Shown: one piece after another, positions 38,121-51,750 of the stretch
How the letters are laid out: the number at the start of each line of letters is the position of its first letter
How positions within the stretch are numbered: the stretch's first letter is position 1
From: Anthoceros angustus
Taxonomy: Eukaryota; Plantae; Anthocerotophyta
DNA length: 64,000 bases
Assembly (NCBI GenBank): GCA_010909165.1
Contig: MU008175.1
Coordinates: forward strand, 124,001-188,000
Reading direction: 5' to 3'
Notes under the pieces: generated by a model
Told to the model about the DNA's origin: nothing
The model's input: the letters and a program-made list of their open reading frames with translations, nothing else
The model's database searches: none
Made by a program: the position numbers and the translations under genes

Positions 38121-38479
38121 GATCAACAGGTGGCTTCCATGCTTGTGGTTGTATGCGTATCAAGATTCGGCAAGTGGCAGGCGGATGTCGCATGTGCTCC
38201 TTGCATCGGCGCCCATCTTGCCCTTCCAACTCGATGACCCCTTGCTCACCAACGCGTTCACCACTCTCAAAATCAACCGTCCGTGTTTACGTCCAAAGTG
38301 CGGAAGGGCGATGTTGAAGATACACGAAATCACCCACTTGAACTTTCTCCGGCTTCCATGACCTCCTCGTGTGAATGCATACCTCAATTGATCTACGTCA
38401 TGCGATGGCGGATTGTCCATCGCCATGGGTATCACTCGTTGTAACAACTTGGCCCGGTTTCGTAACTCGAGCAACACTC

Positions 38480-39200
38480 ATCCACATCTTGTGTCCGATC
38501 CCGGTTTGGAATATGTATGCGCCACTATGTTGGGCAAGATTCTCGCCAAACATTATGTAGTAGGGTGAAGTTGCCTGTGGCTGCACATGCGATCACAGCC
38601 CGGGGCAGCGTGGGTAGCAACTCATCCCAACAATTAGGCTCGATTTTGCGACTTGCGAAGTGAATCCTTGAAAGTTTGCACCACCTTTCGCTAAACCATC
38701 CGCACGAGGATGATCCGTGGCGTGCGTCTGTGATCTATCAAACTCCGATCCAACAACGCTTGGAACTCTCCTCTGAATTCGTTTCCTTGATCTGTCAGCA
38801 CCTCTGCACAGCTTCCATATCTGCTCAAAACGCACTGTAAGAAAGCTCGTGCTGTGACTTGGGAAGTTCTGACTGGAAGGAATGCCAATTCCACCCACTT
38901 GGAGAAGTGTTCTATCATGAGCATACAATGCTTGTTGCCTTGCTTGGTCAATGGTAGCTCTGGCATGAGGTCAACGGACCATCGAAAGAACAGAGACCCG
39001 AATAGGCGTGAATGCAACACCACATCACAGGTTGAACCTTGCTTTGAGCGCATCACAAGCGACATCTCGACACCACTCGCTCGACGTCGGAGTACATTCC
39101 GGACCAAAAATAGGCACTCTTGACATGATGCGTCCTTTTACCAAGTGCCCAAGTGTCTTGTGCACTTTACTCACTATCATTCCGTTCCTCTATGGGAGGG
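38480..39200 (-). pseudogene. DDE (rve) integrase
   Basis: HKTLGH; FFRWSVDL..ELPLTKQGNKHCMLMIEHFSKWVEL; RYGSCAEVLTDQGNEFRGEF; HPRADGLA. Confidence 0.92.
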
Positions 39201-39529
39201 ACCATTTTACACACTCCACGATCATCACTAACAATTTGCCATCCCTCCGTATACCTCATGACCTTCCGTCAGCTTTGAGCAGGCGCATCTAGTCCAACTA
39301 CTTGTCCTTCCTTCAATAGCTGAATAGCATGCCCATATTTCCATATGTCTCGTCCCCCTCATTGAGTTGTTTTCTTCCTTCACGACTTGTGGCCATGAGA
39401 GCCATATACATGCTTGGCATGTAACGAGCATGATCAAAATCTGCGCGCACAGTCCATCTTTGTCATCAAAATCTTGGGTTCTGCTAAGTCCATCCGCATT
39501 GTGATGTACTTTTCGCCTGCACTATGTGC

Positions 39530-42150
39530 ATATCATATTCGGCAAAGCCCACCTTGCGAGCTTGCCACTCAACTTCATGTTCGTCATTAACCGATTACAG
39601 CTGGTGATCGATCACGAGTTGGAAGCTCTGCCGAACAAATAAATTAAATGTAGAAGCGCCCACCGCGGCCAAACATTCACCCTCATCGACGAATAATTGG
39701 CTTCCAGCGGGTATTCGACTGCATCAATCACTCTTTCTTTTCCTTCCCGATCCACACAGCAAGCTGACTCGATTCCGTTGCACTCGGTCGGTATCTGAGT
39801 GAGCGGTTTTTCAAAATCGAGCCGTTTGAGCATGGGCCTTTCGACATTGATCCTTTAACTCCCAAGCATGTTCATGTTTTTGCTCCCCCATGCCCCCCTT
39901 TTCATCGGATCATACAATACCTTGCAAGTCGCTCATGTTCACGATGAATCGGCGATAATAGTTGACGAGTCCCAAGAATGCTCTCAAGCGGCTCGTCCCT
40001 TGGTCTTGGCATAAGATTGTGACTGCACCTTCGCCATGCGGCGGCCGCCTCTGGCACAATCTTGTGACCCAAGTATTCTATCTCCTTGTAAGCAAACTTA
40101 CACTTCTTTGGATGTGCCTTGACCCAGGCGGGCGGTCTGCGGCGCGTTTGAGGTCTGAATGTGTTCCTCAGCGTTGCTAAACACCAAAATGTCATCAATG
40201 TAACACCTCACGAATGGTAATCCTTGCAACTCCAAGTCTGCCACCCTCTGAAAGTAGATGGAAGCGTTTTTCAGCCCAAAAGGCATCGTCTCCCATTCCC
40301 ACAACTGTTCTTTGCCCCAGAAAGCCGTTTTACACTTGTCTTCTTCTTCGATGACAATTTGATTGAATCCAGAACGGAAATCCAACGTCGTAAAATACTT
40401 GGCTTCGCCAATCGCGTCAAAGATTTCATCTGGGGTAGGCATGGGATATCGCTCCATAGGCGTTACCTCATTCAGCGCCCGATAATCTCCACACATCCGT
40501 CTGTCCTTCCATTCGCCGTTTCATCTTTCTTTAGCGGAAGGACCGTGGCGACATCTTGTGAACTTGATTTCCGAATTAATCCAGTGCAGCAAGTTCCCTA
40601 CACCGTTTATCCACAATGTCCCTCTGCTGGGCTCAACTTGCCGTCTTGACCGGCTCATTGGTAGTAGTGATGATTTTGAACTTGATGCGCTCATAACGTC
40701 CAGCTCTTGCCGGTGAGCGAAGGTACCCGATTCTTCTCCGGCATCTCCGGATCACCGCATTGATCCTCGATATTCAAGTCCTCACATATTTGCCATACAT
40801 GAGTTGAATGCCCACTCGTGCTTTCCACTCGCGACGATACTTCTTACGCACTATTCGCAGATTTGGGTACTTGTCTGATTGTAAACTCTTCCCGTCACCC
40901 ATCATCGTGCGACCTTCCCTGTCTATCGACTTGCATTCATTGTGTGGCTATTCCCACACTCACCAACCATTGCACACAAGTCAGGTCAAATGCTTGTCCC
41001 AGAAGTTTGCATCTGAAAGCTTCTGACACACCTCGCGTATAGGTGCTGCCATCGTCAAAACCCATCGCTCGTTCCCGCTCTACAATCGTGGGTTCCCCCA
41101 TCTCCTCACCATTCATGTTCAATACCATGCCCGCACCACCTCGGCGAAAGGCATATGACTGAGCCGTACTGACCAGTGTGGGCCAAGCTCTCCTGGGTTC
41201 TCCCACAATATTGACAGGATAGTGTGGCAACCTATCCATCCTGCTCACCTGTTGCGATCGCCTGCCCTCCTCAAGGATCCCATCCAGGTTCCGCTTAGTT
41301 GACCAGTGTGGTTAAACCGATCTGAGTGAACGGTTTTTCAAAATCGAGCCGTTTGAGCATGGGCCTTCGACATTGATCCTTTAACTCCGCCAAGCATGTT
41401 CATGTTTTTGCTCCCACGCATCGTGCCCCTTTTCATCGATCATACAATACCTTGCAAGTCTTTCATGTTCGATGAATCGGCGATAATAGTTGAGTCCCAA
41501 GAATGCTCTCAACGTCCCTTGGTCTTGGCATAAGATTGACAACGCACCTTCGCCGGCGACGCCTGGCACAATCTTGTGCCCAAGTATTCTATCTCCTTGT
41601 AAGCAAACTTACACTTCTTTGGATGTGCCTTGACCCAATCGATCTGCAGCAACGCTTCGAGGTGCTGAATGTGTTCCTCCGCATGTGCTAAACACCATGT
41701 CATCAATGTAACACCTCACGAATGGTAATCCTTGCAACTCCAAGTCCACCCTCCGAAAGTAGATGGGCGTTTTCAGCCCAAAAGGCATCGCCTCCCATTC
41801 CCACAATCGTTCTTTGCCCCGAGCCGCTTTTACACTTGTCTTCTTCTTGATGACAATTTGATTGAATCGAATCTAAAGTCCAACGTCAGAAATACTTGGC
41901 TTCGCCAATCGCGTCAAAGATTTCATCCGGGGTAGGTAGGCATGGGATATCGCTCCATAGGCGTTACCTCATTCGCCCGATAATCTCCACATCCGCTTTG
42001 TCCTTCCATTCGCGTTTCATCTTTCTTTAAGGACCGTGGCAGACATCGTGAACTTGATTTCGAATTAATCCAGCAGCAAGTTCCCTACACCGCTTTATCC
42101 ACAATGTCCCACTCGGCTCAACTTGTGCCGTCTTCGGAAAACCGGCTCGT
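39530..42150 (-). pseudogene. Reverse transcriptase (two tandem copies, period ~1527 bp) and RNase H
   Basis: MCGDYRALN..YPMPTPDEIFD..FTTLDFRSGFNQI..MPFGLKNA..CYIDD (40098-40496, repeated ~41550-41990); RNase H GKERVI..EANYSS..YLFG..GKLARW. Confidence 0.93.
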
Positions 42151-42469
42151 TGGTAGTAGTGATGATTTTGAACTTGATGCGCTCATAACGTCCCAGCTCT
42201 TGCCAGCTGAACGCGAAGGTACCCCGATTCTTCTCCAGCATCTCCCGGATCCTGCACTGATCCTCGCTATTCAAGTCCTCACATATTTGCCATACATGAG
42301 TTGAATGCCCACTCGTGCTTTCCACTCGCGACGATACTTCTTCTGCACTATTTGCAGCATTTGGGTACTTGTCCTGACGGACTGTAAACTCTTCCCCGTC
42401 ACCCATCATCTGTACACGACCTTCCCTGTCTATCTGACTTGCATTCAGCTGTGTGGCTATTCCCACACT

Positions 42470-43335
42470 CACCAACCATTGCACACAGGTCGTCAAATGC
42501 TTGTCCCAGCAGTTTGCATCTGAAAGCTTCTGACACACCTCGCGTATAGGTGCTGCCATCGTCAAAACCCATCGCTCGTTCCCGCTCTACAATCGTGGGT
42601 TCCCCCATCTCCTCACCATTCATGTTCAATACCATGCCCGCACCACCTCGGCGAAAGGCATATGGTGAGCCGTCTTGACGATGTGGGCCAAGCTCTCGGG
42701 TTCTCCCACAATATTGACAGGATAGTGTGGCAACCTATCCATCTGCTCACTGCGATCGCCCGCCTCCTCAAGGATCCCATCCAGTTCCGCTTAGTTGGTG
42801 TGGTTAAACTGATCGCTGAGTGTTTCCACACTCAATGTTAAATCCAGCTGCGGAGGCGATGAGCATACGACCGCTTTGCACCGCGTCAATGATGAACTCC
42901 TCGCCCGACTCGACCTTTTCATAATTTTCTCTCACATGACCCGTTTGTCAAAGCTCCAAACATTCTCCAGCAAGTACCAACATGCGGATTGCATCGCTGC
43001 ACTTCTCTCGAATCCGTATCACTTCCCCGCCCGATCGCACTCCGTTGCCTTGACCACGTCCGGCCTTGGAAAAGGTCTTGCACTCCCATCCGCAATCGGC
43101 ATGTCAGCGGGCATCTCATTGCACATGCTTTTCCCACCCACATCACATCGGTGGGATTTGTGCACCCTCTTATGGCTTCCACACTCGGCAAGCTCGGATG
43201 CATTTTTGTAGCGATAATCCGGATTTGGCCAACGCCGAGTCTTCTCATCAATTTCTACACACGTATACTTCCGCACGAATCCCACATCGCACACACTCCG
43301 GTCCACTACTAATTCCACGAACACAACTCCATGAG
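42470..43335 (-). pseudogene. C5-cytosine DNA methyltransferase domain between protease and RT
   Basis: Motifs I/II VVFVEL..SG..VRKYTCVEID (~43245-43330); IV DM.IA.WEC.TFSKAG (~43060-43110); VI YLLENV (~42960-42978); VIII IDAVQ..YAHRLRSW (~42845-42890); IX-X ERERAMGFDDGST..RCKLLGQAFD (~42480-42600, duplicated at ~40980-41090). Confidence 0.88.
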
Positions 43336-43494
43336 ATGGATGCCTGTTCATGCACTCGCCACCGAATCACTTGGTTGTCGATTTGTAACCCGATTTCCTA
43401 TGATTGCTTTCATTGTGGCGGGCTTCTTCCGGACAATTGCGGTGATTCGCCATATTTGCATCCGCTGCGAATCGCTCTCTTTCCAAAGCTTCCT

Positions 43495-44061
43495 CTACGG
43501 GTGGTGACTCACGCGCACATCATTCGATGTCGTGCTTTCTTCGACACCTCGTGTCGTGCAGTCTTGTCTCTTCCACACCTCCCTCGGTGAACACTTCGGT
43601 ACGCCGTGAACGCCAAAGATACTTCTTGATCTTTCACCATGCCTCCTCATGTCCGGAGGAATTGCGACATGTGTGAAATCTCCATCTCGCCATTTTGGCC
43701 TATAAAATGCCACAGAGTGCAGCGGATCCACCCCCATTGCTGGCCCGTGCGTAGCATCTGCACCCAACAACACATCATAGTTTCGTGCATCTGAAACTAA
43801 ACAATGCACTTCCACCACACACGCATCTGCTGTTCCTGGCTTATACTCTATCCGAATCGGATCGCGAGTCATCCCCATCACCTGTTCTTTGGTGCCTGCA
43901 GATGTGGTGATCCGTACCTCACACGGCTTCAGCTTGTCTCCATACAGTTGCAGTGCTTCTTGCACCCGTGCCCCAAGCAACACTGGATCGGCACCAGTGT
44001 CTACTAACACACACTCCGGTGCAAAGCCATTGACGGTGACTTCTCGTTCGCGATTCTTCAC
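43495..44061 (-). pseudogene. Retropepsin-type aspartic protease
   Basis: VTVNG..VLVDTGADPVLLG..ITTSAG..NYDVLLG. Confidence 0.88.
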
Positions 44062-44139
44062 TAACGCTATTCCACCTTTCCCCCTAGCTGCGGCTTTAGG
44101 TGATCACCACGTAAGCTGACAAGCCCGGACACCATGTTC

Positions 44140-47070
44140 AACTCAGTGGCTTCCTTCTTAATCCATGCCCGCATTGCTTGCTTGAGCGGTTGTGTCCGGA
44201 TCCCGGTCCCGCAAACTTACCGGTACATCCATGGCTTTTTCCAACGAATCTACGTATTAGGAACAACCTCATCCTCGATGTGTGGCGTCGTCCGTCACGG
44301 ATCTGCACGAATGACTTGGGCATTCTCAATCGATTCTATCCCCATCGGCCTTCACTTTTACACCCTTGCGAAATCAATGCTTCCCACTTTGGTCTCGCCT
44401 TGACCTTTCGTCATCAACGCAAACACATCTTCGTCCGAATCATAGGTTTCTGCCGACGCACATGAGTCCTTGTTTATGCTTACGCTCATAGCCAGCTGCT
44501 CTTGCAGCCTGCACCTCACTAAGCGATGCTTCAGTGTAGCTTCCGATTCTGCTTGTCCATTGCTCGGTCTCCTAGGCCCTTGGGTTTGAGTTCGGGATGG
44601 GCTTGCCAAGCGGCTTCCGTATGTCGGTTTTACCACATGCCTGCGCCTCTTTCTCCTTTGACCCACCAACACGATGCTCACATTCATACGCCTTATGCGG
44701 CCCCTTGCACCGCAAACACTTTTACGGATGTCTTGAAGCTTACGGCGCTGAGCCACTTGATCCTTTGATGGCGACTCTCTGCGTTGGCGTTCACTGCACA
44801 TGCTCGCGATAATGTGACTTCCGGTGCCGAATGTTGAAGTCTTTGGTGTGACCTCGATCACATTGTGCTCCTCCCGATGGCATTGGTGGACATCTCCTTC
44901 ATAACTCTTTCGGCCATCTCGTCGCTGCTCCAACTCATAATCTGCCCCATGTAGCATGTCACGAGAAAGTTGGCGATCACCCTCCTCTGTCTTCCCGGCA
45001 GCAATGTATATTTGCGCTGCCTCCTCATGGTCTTCACCTTGGTGTCTTTCACCACCGCCTCAACCGTAGATGCGGATCTTAGAGGCTCATTGCTTGATCA
45101 CAAACTTTGACAACTCTTGGATTTTCTCAATGGAAGATCGGGAACATCTCACCAAACTTGGCGAACATCTCGTCCACCAAATAAGTGATGACCTCGGATT
45201 GCGATGAACCCGATGATCCTGGTTCTTCATCATCGACCTTGGAGCCTTTCCTTGCCCGCTTCATTCGCAGCGACATGTGTGCATCCTGCGGTATCTTTTC
45301 TTTGCGATCCACGATAGCGGGTTAAAGCTTCACCGGCTAGAAAGCGTGCTCATCTTTCGAGTGCCATCTCGGTGTGAACTCGGACTTGTATTTGAGCACC
45401 ATCTCATCAATCGCCCATCGAACTTCTCTTCAAAGTCGCAAGAGACATACTACCGTGTCTACACGAACACATCATTTTCTTTGGTGGTTCATAATCCATC
45501 CTGGCGCCACCACGATTTTCTTCAAAGTCAATGGATCGATAGTGTGACTCCTCAAGCGACCACTTGTCCTACGGACCGGAAGCCGTGCCCGGGATTGTAA
45601 GCTTAGTTGTCGGTGTGCTTCGTTCGTCCACCACGACCGTAACAACACCATCACTATCAATCCCTCCCCTGCGAGACTATGTAAGGCATTAGTCAAAGTT
45701 GGTGTCGATTCCTTCCAGCGTCGATCCGCCAACCATGCCGACTTGTCAATCACCTCACTCGAGGCGTTGCCAAAAATCGCTTCCGGCTCCACCGGATCGG
45801 CCCACTCGAATGGATGCACACATAAAGCGGCCGTGAATAATCCAAGGTGTTTTCTCGATCTACCATGGACTTATACGTGTCGTTCACCGGCTTGGGGTCA
45901 CCGATTGACTTCCTCTTCTCCGTCTTCCGCTCGAATCTGGGCCCTCTCTCGGACCCTTGAGTCGCGTTGCTACCTTGTGTGGCTTCACCGGCATGCGGAT
46001 TGTTGATGTGCAAAATTCTTGACTTGGGATGGTTGTCCTCTGCACACCACGGTGAAGCATCACAAGGTGCTCGCAAAATGCTTGGGATCCGTCTGCCGTT
46101 CTATTGAATCGGACATCAACAATCCGCCCTCAATGACGGATTGCGATGAACCCGATGATCCCGGTTCTTCATCATCGACCTTGAGCCTTTCCTTGCCCGC
46201 TTCATTCGCGACATGTGCATCCTGCGATCTTTTCTTTGCGATCACGATAGCGTTAAAGCTTCACCGGCTAGAAAGCGTGCTCATCTTTCCGAGTGCCATC
46301 TCCGGTGTGAACTCGGACTTGTATTTGAGCACCATCTCATCAATCGCCCATCCGAACTTCTCTTCAAAGTCGCAAGAGACATACTACCGTGTCTACCGTG
46401 AACACATCATTTTCTTTGGTGGTTCATAATCCATCCCGGCGCCACCACGATTTTCTTCAAAGTCAATGGATCGATAGTGTGACTCCACTCAAATCGACCA
46501 CTTGTCCTACGGACCGAAGGCATGCCCGGATTGTAAGCTTAGTTGTCGGTGTGCTTCGTCCACCCCGACCGTAACAACACCATCACTATCAATCCCTCCC
46601 CGCGAGACTATGTAAGGCATTAGTCAAAGTTGGTGTCGATTCCTTCCAGCGTCGATCCGCCAACCATGCCAGCTTGTCAATCACCTCACTCCAGAGACGT
46701 TGCCAAAAATCTGTCGCTTCCAGCTCCACCAGATCGGCCCACTCCTGAATGGATCTGCCTGCATAAAACAGCCGTGAATAATCCAAGGTGTTTTCTCGAC
46801 AGTCTACCATGGACTTATCTGTGTCGTTCACCGGCTTGGGGTCACTGATTCAGCTTCCTCTTCTCCGTCTTCCGCTCGAATCTCGGGCCCCTCTCTCGGA
46901 CCCTTCGAGTCGCGTTGCTACCTTGTGTGGCTTCACCAGCATGCGGATTGTTGATGTGCAAAAATTTACTGACTTGGGATGGTTGTCCTCTGCACACACC
47001 ATACCAAGCATCACAAGGTGCTCAAAATGCTTGGGATCCGTCTGCCGTTCTATTGAATCAGACATCAACA
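44140..47070 (-). pseudogene. Gag-like ORF1 region, frameshifted, partly duplicated (period ~940 bp)
   Basis: Lies upstream of the protease with coding-like fragments; ~45195-46136 repeats at ~46137-47090. No clear Gag motif, so the call is positional. Confidence 0.45.
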
Positions 47071-47345
47071 ATCCGCCTCAATGACGGATTGGACTTTGTA
47101 GCCTACACCGCCGCCGATCTTAATTCTGGCCCGAATTCGGCCGTGATCACACCCGCACATGTCGGAGATCTTCGCCGCCCGAGCCGTAATTGCGCTTGAC
47201 CGTATTCGCTTGTATGGTCCACATAACCACGACACCATCCTATTTCCATACCCATGCCACTCATCATGCCACCACACACATAGCACACGCACACCATCAC
47301 ACTCAGATTCTTATCTACCTCTTTCTACCACTGCGTGCCATGACA

Positions 47346-49325
47346 CATGCCTTGATACCCACCCGGAGTGGGTAGTCTTACAGGTTGATGTCGAGAACGC
47401 CTTCAATACCATTTCTAGGAGCGTCATCTTGAGGAGCTTAGGGATCTTTGGCGGCGTCACAGCCTTATACCTTTGTCCGGTGCTTCTACGGAGGTCCTCC
47501 AACCTCTACTACCGGCACAAGAACGTCTCTTGAGTTCTTTGTCTCTGTCTTGGAATCGGCCCGCAGTACGGGCAAGGCGACCCCTAGGTGGTGCTCTCTT
47601 CGCCATTGCTCACTATAGGGCCCTATCTAGGGCCGCCTTCTCAGCCTATGTCTTCCCTTGTTGTGGCGACTCTCACATCCTCGGGCCTGGGGACAAAGTT
47701 AAGGAGGCCTTTGAGCTCTTCTCTCATGAGCTTTCTTTGGTGGGCTTGAAGGTCAAGATGTCCAAGTGCCGCGTCTGGTCTCCGTCGGGATTCTACCTAC
47801 TTTGCGCCTCACTGGGAGATTGCTCCGGCTTTGGGACTGCGGATTCTAGGGGTCCCCTTCGGTTCCCCTGACTTCATCGGGAGCTTCCTGGACCAGGCTC
47901 TCGCAGAGGACCTCTCCCATGTCGAGGACCTCCCTTTCTTTGGAGGATGCAGTGGCCTTTGGAATTCTTTCCTCTGTTTTGCTAGGCGCCACAGTTACCT
48001 CATCCGTCTGTTGCCTCCGTCCCGACACTTTTGTCCGGTGCGGTTTGATAGGAAGATTATGGATACTCTCGGGGACATCCACAGGCTCGGGGCTTTTGAG
48101 TGCCCTATGGGCGTCGGCCCAGCAAGCGTCCCTACATGCAATTTGGAGGCCTGTGCACTCTCGGAGGTCTCTTCCCGGCGGCTTTCACAGGCGATTGGGC
48201 CCTCTGCCCTGCTTGGCTTCTCGGTTCATCCTCCATGACAGCCCTTCGAGGATCTCGTATCAGGTGTGGAGGAGGGAACCTTCTCTCTCCAAACGTCCTT
48301 GAGGCAAGCTAGGGACATGTTATCAGTGGATGCTCGGAAGGACTTCCCTCCTTTCTCGACATTTATTACTGATGGTTTCGGGGGGTTGCATCTCGCCGAG
48401 AAGCGGCTCGGCCGGGCTTTCGATCATCCTCCAGGACCCCTCCATCCCCAGGTCCACAAGAGCGCGGCTCCGCTCTTGTTCTGGGAAGGGCGCAGGTGCT
48501 TGGCTATTGGCCCGCCCATGCATACGGGGTTTTCACATCGCACCAACCACTCTGCGATGCGATTCCGTCTTGGCTGCTCCGGCTGTGGCTTCTTCGCTCC
48601 TTACTTGCAGTGCGGCTCGCCTCGATGATTACGGTACACCTTGCTCGTTGTCCCCCAGTCATCGCATTGCCACTCACGGCGCCATCCAGCGATGTCATGT
48701 TCGCCATCGCCGCGAAAGCGCTACATGGCATGGAGGGAGCGGATGTATACTCTCCGTCTGGTCGTTCAATCGGTGACTGTACCTTGTCCGTCAGACCGAG
48801 GTTTTGATGGCGGATGTGGTGGTTACCGATCCTACGAGACACCATCTCGCTCGGTCATCACTAAGTCGAGTTGGGGCTGCCGGGCGGCTCTCAAGGTCCG
48901 CAAATATAGCGGGATGCAAGCGGGCCACCTCTTTATTCCGATTGCACTAGAAACGTATGGGGCAATGGCTGAGGACTTTGACAAATTTGTCAAGTCTTGT
49001 GCCAAAGCTTACCATGCACGTAGACACGGTCTGTCCTCTCGTACTTCACGGCATACTTCCGACAAACGGGTTTCAATTGCCCTTCAACGGGCGCTCTCAA
49101 CGGCGCTCCTCCACAAGGCGGCGACAGGTGACGCATCTTCCTCTACCTCCGTGGTTTGCAGGCCGTTTATTCTTCCTGCATATGACATTGTGGGTGCAGT
49201 AGGTGACTTTAAGTAGGGAGCTTAGTTGCTCCTCTTCACCTCGACCCCCTGGTCCCCTTTGGTTGTCTCCTCCTAGATGGGCTTTTCCCATCGTTTTTTA
49301 CCTCAATAAAATCTCTTATTCCCTT
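47346..49325 (+). mobile_element. CRE-like non-LTR retrotransposon copy 2, 3' part
   Basis: VLQVDVENAFNTISR, PLGGALFAIAH, DSHILGP, GLRILGVPFGS, KVRKY..FIPIALETYG..RVSIALQR; 3'UTR hairpin and AATAAA shared with copy 1. Confidence 0.9.
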
Positions 49326-50203
49326 CTATGGTCCCCATCATGTCATTTTCCTTTACAAGAGAAGGATGATTTTATGTTATATTCCAGAATCATTGCAATT
49401 CACTTGTGTACTACAACTACAGCTTTGGAACAATTTTCCTTTAGGAAGCGGAAGAGATATTGGTGGAAGTTTCCTCGGGAAATCACATTGTGGAGAGATG
49501 TACATATGAGAGCTTGGCATGAGGGGTTAATAAAGTGTCTCCCATTTTTGGTGATAACCTTTGTTGGATGGGCCCATCTATCTCTTCCCTTTCATAAAGT
49601 CTTTGCTAGACAGGTTCACCCGTTAGGGGGTTATTAAAGTTTCTCCCATCTTTTGTGCTAACCTTTGCTAGATGGGGCCATACATCTCTTCTCCTTTGAT
49701 AAAGTCTTTGCTATTCGGGCTCACCCATTTCTTCTCCTCTAATAAAGTGTTTGCCAAATGGGCTCACCCACCTCTCATTCCTTAACAAAGTCTTTCCGAG
49801 TAGCATCTACTGCACAGCATTCAAGGTTCAGCCCTTTACCACCACTAGATTTGGCTTTTCTACTACTAAATCATATTTTATCACCGTTAATCAAGAAAAA
49901 GTCTCCAAACAATTCAGCTTAGTTGCTCTCTTCTAGTGGACTTAAATAAATTTCTTCTTCTTCTTCTTCTCGCATCAAACTCCGCCTAAAAAATATCCAG
50001 ATGGAAACAACACCCATCCAGGGGTCAGGCCTTCACCACCACCGATCCAAGAGATGGCTCAAAACACTTTGGCTAAGCCGTTCTTCGGCTCAAAATTTCC
50101 AGAATCCTGTTTTATCCATCAGACTTACAACAAGGCATATCAAAGATAGCAAAGTTCATAAAAAGACGCTCCCCATAAATTGCCTCCCAGAATAACACTG
50201 AGC

Positions 50204-51750
50204 TCAAAGCCCTGATGTTTTACAGGGGGGTGTACGCGAAAACCTTAGTTGCTGGCACGTGAATAATCTCTGGTCCAGTTGCTGGGGCACTTTGCTTCCA
50301 GATCGCAGCCTGAAATGCCTGCATCCCAGGTGGTTCCCACTCTCAACCGGGAGAACTCGAAATATGTGAACGCGAAACACCAGTTTCTTAGCATCCACCA
50401 ATTCGAAAACACAAACATCATGCTCCTCAAGAGAGCGATTGAGGGCAAAAGCTCGCCATCCGCCACTGATGCCCGGTGCATGCCGTTCGGCAAGGTACAC
50501 GACAGGTTGCTCCCTCCCCATTTCGTCCACTAAGCACAGCTTTGCGTTCTTCTTTGGCAAGTGGGGGGACAGGGCTCTTGGCATATTCTGTCCAGCAATG
50601 CCACCGTCAGTGCTACAACTAGGACAAGACAAAATTCAGGCCAGCCAGGAAACGATATCCATCCATACTCACCAGCCAGAATCCTCGATACACATTTGAT
50701 GGCATCATCTTGAGAATCGCCGACGGGAACTCTGTGCGAAAAGCCTGCGCAGCATCCATAGCCTGCTTGATCTGAGCTTCGGAAACCGGTCCCCGCTGAG
50801 AAATGAACTGCTCCGTGTGGTACTCTGTGTCCACATGGTGCCTTGCTTGCACAAGGCGTTTTGCAGCTTCCACAATTTGCTTGCCTCTCCTCTTGGCACA
50901 ACCTTTCCCTTTCTGCGAGTCCTCCACCTTTTTCTTGCACACAGACTTGCTCGGCTTAGCAGCAACGCCAGCGCCGAGTTTCTGCTTCTTGGCGCCAGTT
51001 GTAGTCCCTGCAGCTGAGCCTTTCCTCTTGCCACTTCCCAGACGTGAGGGCCTGGTAAGAACCGCTGCCTTGGAAGTCCTGGAAAGGACCGCTGCCTTGG
51101 CTACAGTGCAAGGTGCCTCTTCCGGCTCAAGCTTGACGCTCTTCTTTCCCTGGTCAACGCTTCTGTCCTCGCCTTCCTTCTTCGGGACAAGCAGCTCAGT
51201 GCTAGGGGCCAAGTGTACATGCTCAGGCTCAAACTCTTCCGTCGGAATCACAAATTCCTGTTTCACTGATACCGCCAGCGGGAACCAATCTTCAGCAGGC
51301 TTTTCCTTTGGCTTCACCAGCCGAGGGGCTGCACCCCGTCGGCTGACGCCCGGAGGTGCCCGAGGCTTATTGCAGCGGGGACAAATCGGCCCATCCCCGC
51401 ATTTCACAGATCCTGCCACATCTGCTGTAAAATTTACGGGCATTTTCCCGACCCAAAACTGGACTCAGCATCACGGGATGGACGGTGCCAAGAAGACTGC
51501 GACTATCTCATTCCATCAATCTCCGAGGAAACACCATTGCAGCTCCGAAACTGCCCAGCAACCATTTCCCAGAGAACAAGCAGAAGCAGAATTCTGCTGG
51601 CAACTGGTGCTCATCAGACAGCTAGCACATCCAGACACAGCTGACACAAGCTGATTGCCCTTGCCTACCGCTATCTCTCTCAGGCGCCGCCAAACCCAGC
51701 TCGAGGCGGGGAGCGGATGCGACACCTTGCTTAGGGCTGCCAGACTGCAT
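50204..51750 (-). CDS. B3-domain (REM-like) DNA-binding protein
   Basis: Probable exons 51750-51726, 51424-50673, 50587-50204, in frame. B3 motifs ILKMMPSNVYRGFWL|NMP..GISGGWRAFALNRSLEEHDVCVFELV..FRVHIFRV. First exon and 3' end less certain. Confidence 0.85.

Larger units (their letters stand above)
34120..47345 (-). mobile_element. Ty3/gypsy-type retrotransposon (13.2 kb) carrying a C5 DNA methyltransferase and a PHD finger, with split direct repeats
   Basis: Ends TGTC...GACA; TSD CATG (34116-19, 47346-49); removal restores the host RT frame GVKACLDTHPEWVVLQVDVENAFN. Minus-strand order PR-DNMT-RT-RH-INT-PHD. Confidence 0.9.

Noticed and set aside
34120-47345. Classification as a DIRS/Ngaro tyrosine-recombinase element
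   Set aside because: It has a protease, a DDE integrase, TG..CA ends and a TSD; no YR motif was recognised.
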